Shown piece after piece: positions 54,481 through 54,745 of a stretch of DNA of 54,745 nt. Every line of letters begins with the position of its first letter. Within the stretch, counting starts at the first letter, position 1. The notes under the pieces are model-generated. The model did no database searches. It saw nothing but the letters and a program-made list of their open reading frames with translations, and was not told where the DNA came from. This DNA comes from a virus (Duplodnaviria; Caudoviricetes): positions 1-54,745 of the IMG/VR virus record IMGVR_UViG_3300023210_000042. One strand, 5' to 3'. Both the position numbers and the translations under genes were made by a program.

Positions 54481-54536
54481 AAGATTAAGACGCACCGAAG
54501 TGCGTTTCGACCTGTAAGGTCTCATCAGTTAATCTT
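54481..54536 (-). ncRNA. hammerhead ribozyme, type I (copy 4)
   Basis: AAGAUUAA-CUGAUGA-GACC(UUACA)GGUC-GAA-ACGCAC(UUCG)GUGCGU-C^UUAAUCUU. cUUCGg loop; predicted cut 54489/54488. Confidence 0.96.
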
Positions 54537-54645
54537 CTTGGTCTTCGGTTTGTGTGTAGAATTCTGCATGCTCATGGCAGTCACTACACAGGGAGTCACT
54601 CAACCATGATGGTGGTGTTCCACAACAATTGCTGTATTTACTCAT
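54529..54645 (-). CDS. small Zn-finger-like protein (38 aa)
   Basis: Manually translated: MSKYSNCCG...LCSDCHEHAEF...QED. Its stop codon abuts the hammerhead 4 core. Confidence 0.65.
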   Translation of the reverse strand: MSKYSNCCGTPPSWLSDSLCSDCHEHAEFYTQTEDQED

Positions 54646-54660
54646 AATTATCTTTTTGTT

Positions 54661-54745
54661 TTAGTTATTAAATCGTTTACTAACATTTCATAGGTTTCAC
54701 CCATTTTAGCAACAACATCGTATTTAACGAAATTTTGTACTTCTC
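54661..54745 (-). CDS. 3' end of a gene truncated by the window edge
   Basis: Open frame running from the edge to TAA at 54663-54661. Confidence 0.4.

Noticed and set aside
51793-54536. Repeated ctcatcagttaatc / gattaag motif read as a CRISPR array or attC-like site
   Set aside because: Spacing is 0.5-1.4 kb with whole genes between copies, no cas or integrase gene is present, and the conserved bases are exactly the hammerhead core plus stem I.
51793-54536. The same elements read as intrinsic terminators
   Set aside because: No U-tract follows the hairpins on the coding strand, and the three-way junction with CUGAUGA/GAAA explains the conservation.
1-54745. Stop-codon reassignment as seen in some crAss-like phages
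   Set aside because: Genes are long and tile tightly under code 11; TAG and TGA end genes right at the next start (for example 5590, 12480, 167, 4924).
1-54745. tRNA genes, integrase/att sites, reverse transcriptase or DGR, introns or inteins
   Set aside because: None was recognisable by eye. The lack of a reverse transcriptase means there is no in-window support for retro-mobility of the ribozymes. tRNAscan-SE and HMM searches would be needed to exclude them.

Overview
This window is most of a lytic-type, AT-rich dsDNA tailed phage genome in the standard genetic code. The host is very probably a Bacteroidota (Flavobacteriia-like) bacterium: TAnnTTTG promoters are present and Shine-Dalgarno sites are absent. 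The + strand (1-40.9 kb) carries GroES-like genes, a cluster of small basic proteins, lysis genes, a YadA-repeat tail fibre and a crAss-like/podovirus virion module (terminase, portal, scaffold-like protein, major capsid, ring and muzzle proteins, three cargo proteins including a 3320-aa giant). The - strand (40.9-54.7 kb) carries replication and recombination genes (SF2 helicase, primase-helicase, SSB-like, exonuclease, Sak-like annealase, two DnaA-domain-IV-like proteins) and small early genes. The main finding is four intact type I hammerhead ribozymes on the coding (-) strand between early genes (51793-51850, 52332-52396, 53714-53767, 54481-54536). Their stems II and III covary freely, but stem I (GAUUAA/UUAAUC) is invariant. 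Two have the upstream stop codon inside stem I, each is followed by a 21-34 nt leader and an AUG, one lies directly behind a promoter, and one is flanked by a ~36-nt direct repeat. This suggests a ribozyme-based system that processes, and possibly circularises, early mRNA and may act as a gene cassette unit. A candidate ~75-nt sRNA with its own promoter and terminator lies in the structural module. All calls come from reading the sequence by eye; no database searches were run.
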